This document shows, in pieces, positions 21,225 through 30,334 of a stretch of DNA of 64,000 nucleotides; the stretch's first letter is position 1; each line of letters begins with the position of its first letter. A program made the translations under genes and the position numbers. The stretch is from a virus (lineage: Duplodnaviria > Caudoviricetes), in the IMG/VR virus record IMGVR_UViG_3300037067_012588; one strand, 5' to 3'. The notes under the pieces are model-generated. The model was given only the letters and a program-made list of their open reading frames with translations. It was not told the origin of the DNA and searched no databases.

Positions 21225-21287
21225 CGAGAATAGGTTCATCAGATTTTATTTTATATTGCCGCATTTCTGCGAACCACAAGGCACAAC

Positions 21288-22106
21288 TCAAGCAGTCGTA
21301 AATCCATACAACTGGAACTGCATTGGGAAACTCAAAATGTCGCTTGACGATTTCAATGGCTGATTGGTATTGTTCAACTCAGCATCTGGGAACGTCATAA
21401 CTGTTCCACCAATTGTCACAGCGGGCGACATCATATCATCTGGCGTTGCAACATTCAAAAGACTCTCCACAGACAAATCACCAGTCAGCGGACCAACAGC
21501 AATATACTTTGGAGCAGCAGCCTCTATTGTACTTCCGCTTCCCTGACATGTGAAAACCTTTACAACATCTTGATTGAAGTTTATCGACCAGTTGATACAG
21601 TCTCCAAGAGATACTGTTGTCTTCCAATACGGCAACGGCTTCAACTCAAAAACAACTGGTGTCACCACGCCACCTGCAGACGGAGGAGTCGGATAAACTA
21701 CACCGTTTACAATCGTCGCTGTCAAACCTGTCGCAGATAGTGAACCAGTCACTAACGAACCAACGGAACCAGACAAACTTATCGATGACCAATATGCATG
21801 GGAAAATATACCCGATGCTCCCGTACTGGGATAAACAGCGAATGGAAGAGAGGTATTACGTCCAGTAATCCAACCCAAAAGAATCCCAAGAAGTGTTCCA
21901 CTTTCATCCAGCTCAAAATCCAAGGAACCCTCATAGTTTGGATAGTCATACTGATGAGGAACACCCATACCAACAGAACCACCAGAGGCTGTTTGACCAC
22001 CAAACGAAGCCCCCGAGTCCATCCGGTTGCGGGTCTTTGTGACCCCGCCTCCGGTGAACAAGAAGGTTGTCGTCCCAATCGTTGCGTGTCCAAGATATCC
22101 GAGCAT
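21288..22106 (-). CDS. tail tube-like protein (paralogue 2)
   Basis: MLGYLG, YEGSLDFE, SLSGSVGSLVTGSLS, PLPYWKT, WSINFNQ. Thr/Ser/Gly-rich. Confidence 0.6.
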   Translation of the reverse strand: MLGYLGHATIGTTTFLFTGGGVTKTRNRMDSGASFGGQTASGGSVGMGVPHQYDYPNYEGSLDFELDESGTLLGILLGWITGRNTSLPFAVYPSTGASGIFSHAYWSSISLSGSVGSLVTGSLSATGLTATIVNGVVYPTPPSAGGVVTPVVFELKPLPYWKTTVSLGDCINWSINFNQDVVKVFTCQGSGSTIEAAAPKYIAVGPLTGDLSVESLLNVATPDDMMSPAVTIGGTVMTFPDAELNNTNQPLKSSSDILSFPMQFQLYGFTTA

Positions 22107-22124
22107 GGATATTTGCCCCTTTTC

Positions 22125-23520
22125 TTATGCGTACACAATGTCCGGGTCACTCATGATGTGCGGCGGCATCAACGTGCCAGTCGAAGTCGTACAACGACCA
22201 CCGAGACCCTTGATTGTAAACGCACGGGTCGTCGGTTCGCTCTGACCCTTCAAACCGAAATCTTCCGACTCAACAACAACAGCAGGCAGCTCAACATAAT
22301 ACATGTTCGGCGTCACACCGTCCGCACGAACGCCCTGAATCGCAACACGGAACACAGTGTTCTGCGCATACAGGAAAGGATTGTCAGGTGTTCCAGTGCC
22401 AGGAGGATTCGGACCAATGATCGGGTCAAGAACACCTGTCGGGTTGAACAGCGTTACGTTACCAGAAGCACTGATAGCACCCATCAGAACAGCTTTTGCC
22501 TCACGAGAACCACCACAAGTATACATGATGTTGTGATTGTTATTACGTTCAACACTCCAATCCATAACAGAAAGGTCACTTTGAATCGTTGTCCCACCAA
22601 TAAACGGCTCATACGTTGACGTGAAACCCGTCAAAAGCTGTGCATTGGTACGCCAGAACGGAATCGGGTCAGTGTTACGACCCGAAGGATTCAACGGGAA
22701 CGTCTCAGCCAACTCAGCACATGTCGTCACACCCGTAATCTGTTCGATATATGGCTTTCCAGCAGAAACGTCTTCTTCACGAGTCAATGCAACCACCCCA
22801 ATATCACCCGTCACCAAACTACCTGGCGAGGTCGACATCGAGACACTTGTACAGAATGCACCACGGTTGTCAAAAGCTTGCGGCGAGCCACCTGTCGCCC
22901 AATAGTGATAGACTCTGTTACCATCAACAGAAATATCACAAGAACGAGCATAAGCACGGTTGTATACGCCCCACTGACGAATCGTTTCCCAAAGATTCGC
23001 ATTACCCTGCCACTCAACACTCACAGAACCTTCGTACCGAATAGCTCCATCAGCATAGTGAGCGGCTTCTGGTGCATTGAACCAACCAGCACCCCAGACT
23101 GCGCTGGAATACAGCGGTTCAAGCGTCAAATTCACGCTACCTCCTGTTGCCAGCAACAAAACAGGGTCACTCGGAGGAACGGGGGTTCCTGCGAACGGCG
23201 TTCCAAGTGTCCGGAACACTTTTATGAAGCCCATGTCACTCTGTTACTTCAGCCTTTCGGCTTACTAACCACCTTTCGATGGCGGAGAGAACACTTCGAT
23301 TCTCTCTCTCCCCTTTATAAAAACAGGTATGGGGGAGTTCAGACTGTCGCATACACCAACTCAGATACTTGACTCGTCTAAGCCTTTTCCCTGAGTTGTG
23401 CCTCCGGCACTCAGTCGTTCACGCTGCACGGTTTCCCTGCTTGCGCCCTGTCGCCCGCTGTTCGGGCTTCCAAGTCAATCAGCCGAAGTTGAGATGGGCC
23501 ATCATCTAGCCCATAGACAT
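22125..23520 (-). CDS. tail tube-like protein (paralogue 1), spliced: join(23520..23508, 23236..22125)
   Basis: AGGAGG RBS precedes ATG 23520. The spliced product starts MSMGYMGFIK, matching GYLG/GYEG in the paralogues. Contains YEGSVSVE, PGSLVTG, PIPFWRT, DWSVE. Confidence 0.75.
23237..23507 (-). ncRNA. group I self-splicing intron (271 nt, no internal ORF)
   Basis: P1 ATGGGCT/GGCCCAT with U-G at the splice site; P3 CTTCGGC/GCCGGAG; P5 GCCCG/CGGGC; P7 GACTG/CAGTC; P8 AACTCAG/CTGAGTT; GAAA-capped 3' hairpins; terminal G. Confidence 0.88.
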
Positions 23521-23534
23521 AATAAAATATCCTC

Positions 23535-24324
23535 CTATTTCATCATCCGAAAGTATTCGTCGAAAACATTTTTCTTTCTTCGGAGGCAAATTCCTCCCAC
23601 ACCATACGCAATGTTATAAAACTTTTTTGTACTCTCGATACTCGAACACTCAATGTTTCCGCAAGTGTTCCGAACCTTGAACGCACTCCAACCAAAATAC
23701 ATCCCAAATTTCTCCCAGAACGTGTTTTGAATTTGTCCAAGAGGGTCGATATGCCCAGTTATTCTAACTCGTAAACGTCCATTGTGAATGTCAACACACC
23801 CATCACCGTCAAAAAAACCACGAATGAAATGGCAATATGTGTTCTCTCCCATCAATGGTATCCTGAATCCATCTCTTCCTTTTCTGCGACAAAGCCCACA
23901 GGATTCGAACTTCTTCTTGATTCTTGCTGGAATTGTTATACGGAGATTATCTCCTATGTTTCCCAACAGAGATACCACAAATTCCTGCTATTTCACAAAC
24001 AAGGTCTCCATCTTTAAGTTCCAACAACAGATTTCCACCAAGACTTCCATCAGCACAACAAAGACCAAAAAGATAAGACTCAAAATCAGACAAACCTATA
24101 GAGCTGTTATTATCAACAACACAATTAGCCCTTAAAAACGTCTTTTTTCGACAACGAGTTTGAGCTATCTTTTTTGCACCATCAATTTGGCATGACGAAT
24201 AATAACGATACCTACCAATAACCTTCTGAGGAACAAAAATTCCTTTCAAATGCCAATATCGAACAACCGTTGTTGTTACTCCAACTGAAGATGCAAAATC
24301 TCCAATCTTCAATTCTGCATTCAT
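23535..24324 (-). pseudogene. MerR-type HTH + double-motif LAGLIDADG homing endonuclease, split by a frameshift
   Basis: First frame (start 24324): LKIGDFASSVGVTTTVVRYW...YRYY and SYLFGLCCADGS. Second frame: HFIRGFFDGDGCV...LRRKK. The frames overlap at 23947..23978. Confidence 0.75.
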
Positions 24325-24325
24325 A

Positions 24326-24856
24326 TTAGCCCTCAAGAAGCTTCGCAATACGAACAAGCTCTTTCGCAACTTTGCTGTTCACGAAAATCCGTCCTGGCGC
24401 ACGCTTCACAATCGACGGGTCTTGACCAAGCTGCTCCTCACGATTGTATTCACCCCTATCATGAACAAGATTTTCCATTTCTGGTGTCAATTTGAACCCA
24501 GCCCTTGTAATCGGGTTCGAAAGCTCTGTCTCCAGCTTGTCCTTGACCTTTTGATTCGTCCTCTTGAAGAGCTGAATCGCATACTTTGGAAGCAACTTCT
24601 TCAACGTTCCCTTATCCGTGTTGCTCATCACACCAAGCAAATAACGAACAATAATATCCGCAACAGCTCTCGCATCTGGCTTGTTGAACCCACTCATGTT
24701 TTTGTAAATCGTTGTGCGGATAGACTTTTCATCATTCGTCTGTCTTTCGTAAAGCATTCGCATTGCGATTTCGAGCCAATAATCATCATGCTCAAGTTTA
24801 TGACGCATGAATTCGACAAGAACTTTGTCTTTTCCGCTAAAAGCAACGATATTCAT
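24326..24856 (-). CDS. hypothetical phage protein with the shared helix motif at its C-terminus
   Basis: LYERQTNDEK...NMSGFNKPDA core. Ends KVAKELVRIAKLLEG. Confidence 0.7.
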   Translation of the reverse strand: MNIVAFSGKDKVLVEFMRHKLEHDDYWLEIAMRMLYERQTNDEKSIRTTIYKNMSGFNKPDARAVADIIVRYLLGVMSNTDKGTLKKLLPKYAIQLFKRTNQKVKDKLETELSNPITRAGFKLTPEMENLVHDRGEYNREEQLGQDPSIVKRAPGRIFVNSKVAKELVRIAKLLEG

Positions 24857-25638
24857 AGCGCCACAATCCTTTCCTTGATATTATGAACCTCAACCTTATC
24901 ACCAGTCGTCCCAGTGAATCCAGAAGAGGCAAATCCAATCCCTATCACGTCCATAAACCTATCAGTGCTTGCCCCAATAGGAATAGCTGTCCCAGCAATA
25001 GTCCCAGCAGGAATGTTGACTTCTCGAACAACAGGGTCGCCTGCCCAATTTTTCATAGTAACAGCAATGTCAAGGCTTTCAGAACCTATCGTTGTTACCG
25101 CCCTGACCTCCAATTGAGCTGCAGCAAAGTTTCCACCATCAGCTCGCAGATTCGGATTCATGCCCGGCCCAAAATCAGCACCGTCCGTGAAATCGATAGC
25201 CGGTCCGTCTGCAACTTCGGCTGTTCCCATTACCAAATCATCTTCACAAAAAACGTTTGTCGCCAACAAAGGCGTGCTTTTTGTGATTTTGTAGACCTGA
25301 TTGAAGTAATCACTGACTCTACATGCCTGAGTCGAAAGATAACCATCCCATCCACCTACAGAGCCAACTGCATTGAAATGAACCTCCATGCCTGAGATAA
25401 CCGTTGGAAGGTTCCCAGCCAATTGAATCCATCGCTTCGCAATGAATCCTTGATCTACCGTGTAATATGGTCGAAGCAAAGCAATCTGAACATCAACATC
25501 GCCAGTCGCATTGACACGCTCGTAATACAAACCACCGCCTGTTTGGTTCACAACAACAAAAGCGTCAGATATGACTTTGTATTGTGCCGCAACACGGTCT
25601 GAAATACCAAGAAGAGCGGAAGAGGAAATTAGAGGCAT
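24853..25638 (-). CDS. putative virion structural protein
   Basis: 261 aa, Gly/Ala/Thr-rich. Positional call. Confidence 0.5.
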   Translation of the reverse strand: MPLISSSALLGISDRVAAQYKVISDAFVVVNQTGGGLYYERVNATGDVDVQIALLRPYYTVDQGFIAKRWIQLAGNLPTVISGMEVHFNAVGSVGGWDGYLSTQACRVSDYFNQVYKITKSTPLLATNVFCEDDLVMGTAEVADGPAIDFTDGADFGPGMNPNLRADGGNFAAAQLEVRAVTTIGSESLDIAVTMKNWAGDPVVREVNIPAGTIAGTAIPIGASTDRFMDVIGIGFASSGFTGTTGDKVEVHNIKERIVAL

Positions 25639-25886
25639 TTTACTTTAGCCCTTTTCTTGAAATCAACCAACTTGGAACGCATTCCCAAAACCAAATCGAG
25701 AATATATCCTGCACGAACTTCAATAGCTTTAGCATGCTCAGAAAACTTTTCTTCAGTTTTCGAAGAACGCAACGCATTAAGATGTAAACGCAGATAGGCA
25801 TATTGCTGTGCTGACAACTTGAGGTCAGACAGCAACTGAAGATTCATATAATCAGGACATTTTTTAGCGACAAGACCTCGCCGCAT
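25629..25886 (-). CDS. hypothetical protein
   Basis: Short ORF overlapping both neighbours. Confidence 0.5.
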   Translation of the reverse strand: MRRGLVAKKCPDYMNLQLLSDLKLSAQQYAYLRLHLNALRSSKTEEKFSEHAKAIEVRAGYILDLVLGMRSKLVDFKKRAKVKCL

Positions 25887-26076
25887 CTCGAACCCTCCGA
25901 ATTTTATTTGCCCACATCTCCAAGTTGTAAATCATTTCATCGACAGTATCTAGGCCTTCCGATGCGTCTTCAGAAAATGTAAAAGACAACCTTGCATCTT
26001 TGTTTTCATCATAAACAGATTCCGCTGAACGAATAGAGTCTGTTATAGCTTTCGAAATATCATCAACACAAGACAT
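25864..26076 (-). CDS. hypothetical protein
   Basis: GAGGAGG RBS. Confidence 0.6.
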   Translation of the reverse strand: MSCVDDISKAITDSIRSAESVYDENKDARLSFTFSEDASEGLDTVDEMIYNLEMWANKIRRVRDAARSCR

Positions 26077-26123
26077 ACGTTCCTCCTCTCGTCATTGGAA
26101 CGATATAAAAAAATAATACCATA

Positions 26124-26717
26124 TTACGGAATCGGAACAAAAGGTCGCACAATTACAGGCTGAGTCAGGCTGCCTGAAATATCAACCTCACCTCCTCCAT
26201 AGGCAAACTTACTATCTGGAAACGGCTCATGAATCAAGGCAAACCAATCAAATTCTGCCGTTCGAACTGTCCCTTCCTTGTTTGCGTTATAGGTAACACT
26301 TTCAACAAAGCTATCCATGATATATGTTGCAACCAAACCACTATTTGGGTCCCATTTTGATTCGTTCAACACACGCATCTGAAGGTTTTGCGGGTCAGTC
26401 ATCAACTCTGTCAGAATCGAAACGATAGTTGTAATATATTCCACACCAAAAGACTCGTTGTCGTTCCGCACTGTTAACGTACACTGAAAACTGTAACGAG
26501 GACGTTGTGCCCTCGTTACAGCCCATTCATTTGCACCTGTCGTTGGTTCAATTTCAAAACAGGGAAAGGCATCCACAGGAAGAGTCCTGCGCATGCCTTC
26601 GAGAACTGTTAATCCCTTACCTGGTTCATATACCTGAATCACACGATTGATAGAATCCGCATTAGACTCAAGCATACGAATCAACGTAAAAATTATGTTA
26701 TGCGGATTTGTGTACAT
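26124..26717 (-). CDS. putative tail terminator/completion protein
   Basis: Size, position and the FPCFEIEP...RYSFQCTLTV pattern resemble tail-completion proteins. Confidence 0.45.
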   Translation of the reverse strand: MYTNPHNIIFTLIRMLESNADSINRVIQVYEPGKGLTVLEGMRRTLPVDAFPCFEIEPTTGANEWAVTRAQRPRYSFQCTLTVRNDNESFGVEYITTIVSILTELMTDPQNLQMRVLNESKWDPNSGLVATYIMDSFVESVTYNANKEGTVRTAEFDWFALIHEPFPDSKFAYGGGEVDISGSLTQPVIVRPFVPIP

Positions 26718-26728
26718 CGAATCTCCGA

Positions 26729-27760
26729 TTACTTCGCCAAACTCTTGAACTTCGCACGTTCTCCAGAATAATCGAGAGAACCTTCTTTCTCGAATTTGAG
26801 CCCAAGTGGGTTCTTTCCACGCTCAAGAATCTTCCACCCAGAACTACTTTTTGCAGAATACACGTCTTGAGAATGGTCGTCGTATTCAACAAGACAATAA
26901 TCCCAATCGTCAGCAGCACTGCTTTTTGGGTCAGACTTAAACAACTCACTCGTTTCCATCCGACTCGGAAAGAAGATAAAATACTGAGCCTTGACGACTT
27001 TCTTGTCTTCTTTCTCAGCCTTCTTCACCGATGCCTTCACCTCTTTGTAAGCATCAGCCTGTGTCGTCTTCTTCTTGATATACGCATCCACAAGCTTCTT
27101 GGCTTCCTTCTCACCAGCCGCCCCATTCCCAACCACACCCCAATTCTGATAGAGCTTCGGCTGGTTGTTGTCACCAAGACGACCACCAGCAACACCTACC
27201 CCAAACTTTCCATCCTTGTCGCTGAATGCAAAGACACAAAGATGCTTGTTGCTATTACGCTTGCAGTCCTCCCCTGAGCACTCTTTGTGTTCCTGATAGA
27301 CCATGAAACGCTGGAACTCAAGCTTCTCGCCCTTCATTCCTTCTTTCTTCAATCCTTCCAAAACAACCTTCTTCGCCTTGTCAATATCACCAGCAGACGG
27401 CGGGACAATCTTCAAATCCCAAAAAGAAACCAACAGCTTGGCAATGCGAAGCAACTCCGAGGCAATCACCTGACGGTTCATCGAACTCCTCCTTGAAAAA
27501 CAATTACCAACACACTTTCCCGAATCAACGGATACAATCTCGACCATTCCACAATTTTTACACCACACTGGAACACGGTCGGCTTTCAGAGCCATCTCCA
27601 GCATCTTTTTTTTGTCCTTGGTTCGGAAGAACTTTTCAAGGGCTTCCTCGTACTCATCAGGGAGAACACCCATGCCATACTTCTCAAGCTCCTGATCAAA
27701 ATTGACCCGATGCCCACAGCAATCGACATTCGTCATCCAAGGAATAGCCGTTCGATTCAT
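26729..27760 (-). CDS. leader-motif protein with WGR-like domain; probable internal start at 27481
   Basis: AGGAGG precedes internal MNRQVIASELLRIAKLLVS. NSNKH...VAGGRLG...AKKLVDAYIKKKT resembles a WGR domain. Confidence 0.55.
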   Translation of the reverse strand: MNRTAIPWMTNVDCCGHRVNFDQELEKYGMGVLPDEYEEALEKFFRTKDKKKMLEMALKADRVPVWCKNCGMVEIVSVDSGKCVGNCFSRRSSMNRQVIASELLRIAKLLVSFWDLKIVPPSAGDIDKAKKVVLEGLKKEGMKGEKLEFQRFMVYQEHKECSGEDCKRNSNKHLCVFAFSDKDGKFGVGVAGGRLGDNNQPKLYQNWGVVGNGAAGEKEAKKLVDAYIKKKTTQADAYKEVKASVKKAEKEDKKVVKAQYFIFFPSRMETSELFKSDPKSSAADDWDYCLVEYDDHSQDVYSAKSSSGWKILERGKNPLGLKFEKEGSLDYSGERAKFKSLAK

Positions 27761-27783
27761 CGCTCAGCTCCAGAAAACCACTC

Positions 27784-28188
27784 TCAACCGAAGACGGAAA
27801 CAACTATGTCAACAACCTTCCCCAGTGGGAAAAAATTATCAAATTTCTCGTAAAGCCTATCGCTTCTTCCATAAGGGCTTGTATCCGCTATGGACACTGC
27901 ATGGTAGTCTCCCGAAAAATCAAGAATCACATCACACTTGGCAGCTATATCAGAACGGCTATATCCTTCAGCCGTTATAATAAAAAAGTGCCGAGTCCCT
28001 CGGTTTGTGAACCGAACATCAACACTCTCAACGCCATGAATCTTTTTCAACCTCTGCTCGACGATACTCACAACCTTCTTGTGTGCAACCAAGTACAAGT
28101 CAAGCAGGTTAACAATCTCAGAAGACACCTTAGAGGACCCCGTCAACTCATGAGCCATCCCTATTAGTTCTCTGGCGACACGCCTCAT
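27784..28188 (-). CDS. leader-motif protein
   Basis: AAGGAG RBS then MRRVARELIGMAHELTG. Confidence 0.65.
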   Translation of the reverse strand: MRRVARELIGMAHELTGSSKVSSEIVNLLDLYLVAHKKVVSIVEQRLKKIHGVESVDVRFTNRGTRHFFIITAEGYSRSDIAAKCDVILDFSGDYHAVSIADTSPYGRSDRLYEKFDNFFPLGKVVDIVVSVFG

Positions 28189-28222
28189 TTTATGTCTCCT
28201 TCTTGGACAAAACTGAACCCAC

Positions 28223-28984
28223 TCAATACGTATTCTGGTTGAAAATACGATAGACGACAGTATCAATAGGGGCATCGAAAAGATTCCGAACTGCCTTGTA
28301 ATCCTCAATGTCGATATTGTATTTCTTGGAAATCTCTTCTTCGATTTTCTTCCGTACCGCCTGACTCATTTCCCTTTGAGTGTCCACGTATTTTACCTGC
28401 GGCAACTCGTTGTTCACGTTTGAATACTCATACAAGTCCCGCATCCCATCGAAGTGGCCAGACTGATAATCCTTGGCTACATCGTCCACATCCTTAGTCG
28501 TTGGACCATCAACCCACCTCACATTAACAGCATTGCCTCCAGCGAAAGACTCAGAACGAACTGAAAATTTGATGGACGGGAACTTCTTCTTCAGAACTGC
28601 CCTGACAGCCTTTGCCGCATCCGCATGGCGAGAAGCAGCCGTCATTGATTTTGCAATACGAGCCACTCTTTCCTCAATGTCTTCAGGTGTCTCTGAGTTA
28701 TCCATATCATCGTTTGCTTCTTGAATGCCTTCAAGAAAAAGTTCATCCTCATCGCCAGTCAAATAGTTCAACACGGCATGAAGTTCTCCAACATGAACAC
28801 GCTCCTCATCAGCAATACTGTGAAGAACGGTCTGAACCTTTGAGTCATCTGTTGACTCAGCAATTGTCTCATAGAGGCTTGTAGCCTCTTCCTCTGCAGC
28901 CAACGCCTGACGAATGGCACGAATAACAGCACCATGCGACATACGTGTTGGAAGAACAGCTTTTGGGTCAACAAATTGAGCCAT
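28223..28984 (-). CDS. ferritin-like domain + LPD29-like domain fusion
   Basis: RAIRQALAAEEEATSLY...IADEERVHVGEL (ExxH ferritin-like), then KKFPSIKFSVRS...VRWVDGPT...FDGMRDLYEY. Start moved to ATG 28984. Confidence 0.7.
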   Translation of the reverse strand: MAQFVDPKAVLPTRMSHGAVIRAIRQALAAEEEATSLYETIAESTDDSKVQTVLHSIADEERVHVGELHAVLNYLTGDEDELFLEGIQEANDDMDNSETPEDIEERVARIAKSMTAASRHADAAKAVRAVLKKKFPSIKFSVRSESFAGGNAVNVRWVDGPTTKDVDDVAKDYQSGHFDGMRDLYEYSNVNNELPQVKYVDTQREMSQAVRKKIEEEISKKYNIDIEDYKAVRNLFDAPIDTVVYRIFNQNTY

Positions 28985-28997
28985 GACAAACTCTCCT

Positions 28998-29441
28998 TTA
29001 TTTCTTCTTATTCGCAGCCCAAGCTGCCTCAAAACCGCCAGCACCAAAATGCTTGTCGAAAGCTTTTTTGAAAATCAACTTCATGGAAATCTTTCTCGAT
29101 GCAATGTTGTTAAAACGAACACTTATCGAAGGATAAGTCTTTCCAAGATATTTCTTTGAAATCTCTTCTCCGATGTTGTAATCCAAAGACCCAAGAAAAA
29201 TTGCCCTTGGATCTTGATTCTTGCCTCGCTTCAAATAATCAACAATATACTCGACATAATCTGCCTCGAAATCTCTCCTCAACAAATCAACCGCTTTGAC
29301 AATATCATGAATCTGTTCAGGATTGCGAGTATCCACAGACAAATACTGTTCACTCAACGCAGCAAACTGCTTGAACGCAGAATCACCAGCGATCAACTCC
29401 TTAGATATTCTCATCAACTCATCGGCAACACGCTTCATCAT
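28998..29441 (-). CDS. leader-motif protein
   Basis: AAGGAG RBS then MMKRVADELMRISKELIAG. Confidence 0.7.
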   Translation of the reverse strand: MMKRVADELMRISKELIAGDSAFKQFAALSEQYLSVDTRNPEQIHDIVKAVDLLRRDFEADYVEYIVDYLKRGKNQDPRAIFLGSLDYNIGEEISKKYLGKTYPSISVRFNNIASRKISMKLIFKKAFDKHFGAGGFEAAWAANKKK

Positions 29442-29449
29442 AATCTCCT

Positions 29450-29938
29450 TTACCAATCCTGTTCTGGAGCAACAGGAGGCATCATCGTAGGAGGCATAGT
29501 ATGACCCATATGACCCGACTTCATACGTTGTCCTGGAAGACGATGTTGCATCCGTCGCATCTTGAAAACTTCCTTGCGACTATCCTCAATAAACGAAGCA
29601 GCCGACTCATTCGTATTCGGGTCAACACCTTGAAACTGAACCTGCAACATCAGTCCAGCCGTCCAATATCTCGCCAAACGTGTCAAAGCTCCAGGAAAAA
29701 TGGACTTCGTTGTTCCATCTGGTTGATATTGGTTAATTTGAACAAGAGGAACCCAATACATATCCTCAAGCATACCGTCGATTTCTCTATCGACCATTTC
29801 TTGGAATCGATTCACGGTCTGCTGATTGATAGAAGCAATCTTACCCTCGCCGATGTTCAAAACACGACATAGGTCACGGATGTCGCTCCATGATCCTGAA
29901 TAATATGGTTTTCCGGTAACAACTGAGATGTCAGGCAC
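29450..29938 (-). CDS. putative head-tail adaptor
   Basis: PYY...DIR...REIDGMLEDMYWVPL...P..L pattern resembles Mu gp36/SPP1 gp15-like adaptors. Confidence 0.55.
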   Translation of the reverse strand: MPDISVVTGKPYYSGSWSDIRDLCRVLNIGEGKIASINQQTVNRFQEMVDREIDGMLEDMYWVPLVQINQYQPDGTTKSIFPGALTRLARYWTAGLMLQVQFQGVDPNTNESAASFIEDSRKEVFKMRRMQHRLPGQRMKSGHMGHTMPPTMMPPVAPEQDW

Positions 29939-29940
29939 TG

Positions 29941-30324
29941 TTATCTCCTAGAGACAAACGCCCACTTCGGTGTAATCTTGGTATATTCTGGGAGACGCTT
30001 TCCATAACCAGCCTCAATCACATCAACAGCCCTAGACTCCATTTCATTCCAGTTAACGCCAAGCTTTTCCATCTCGGCAACAACCTTCTTGGCATCAAAT
30101 GAATCCATCTTGATTGTACGGATTCGCTTTTCACTTGTGGTCATCTCAGCAGCAATGGCATCGTTCTTTGCGGCAGCGTCTTCAATAACCTTCTTCTGCT
30201 GTTCCTGAAGCGAAGCAATCTTGCCAACAAGATCAATCATCTCAGCGGTGTTGTCATTTGACGCTGAGACAAGACTATTGGAAATACGAATCAATTCTTT
30301 TGCAATGGCTTTCTTGTTCATCAC
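29941..30324 (-). CDS. leader-motif coiled-coil protein
   Basis: MMNKKAIAKELIRISNSLVSA. AGGAG RBS. Confidence 0.7.
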   Translation of the reverse strand: MMNKKAIAKELIRISNSLVSASNDNTAEMIDLVGKIASLQEQQKKVIEDAAAKNDAIAAEMTTSEKRIRTIKMDSFDAKKVVAEMEKLGVNWNEMESRAVDVIEAGYGKRLPEYTKITPKWAFVSRR

Positions 30325-30334
30325 AATCTCCTAT

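Noticed and set aside
21798-23372. Long plus-strand ORFs (273 aa, 164 aa)
   Set aside because: They are antisense to the tube-like genes and have no recognisable motifs.
23237-23507. tRNA, riboswitch or terminator explanation for this structured gap
   Set aside because: No cloverleaf is present, and the group I core pairings and splice junctions explain the whole interval.
23947-23978. GGGAAAC as a programmed -1 frameshift joining the LAGLIDADG halves
   Set aside because: The heptamer is in the wrong phase and the join needs +1. An indel or sequencing error is simpler.
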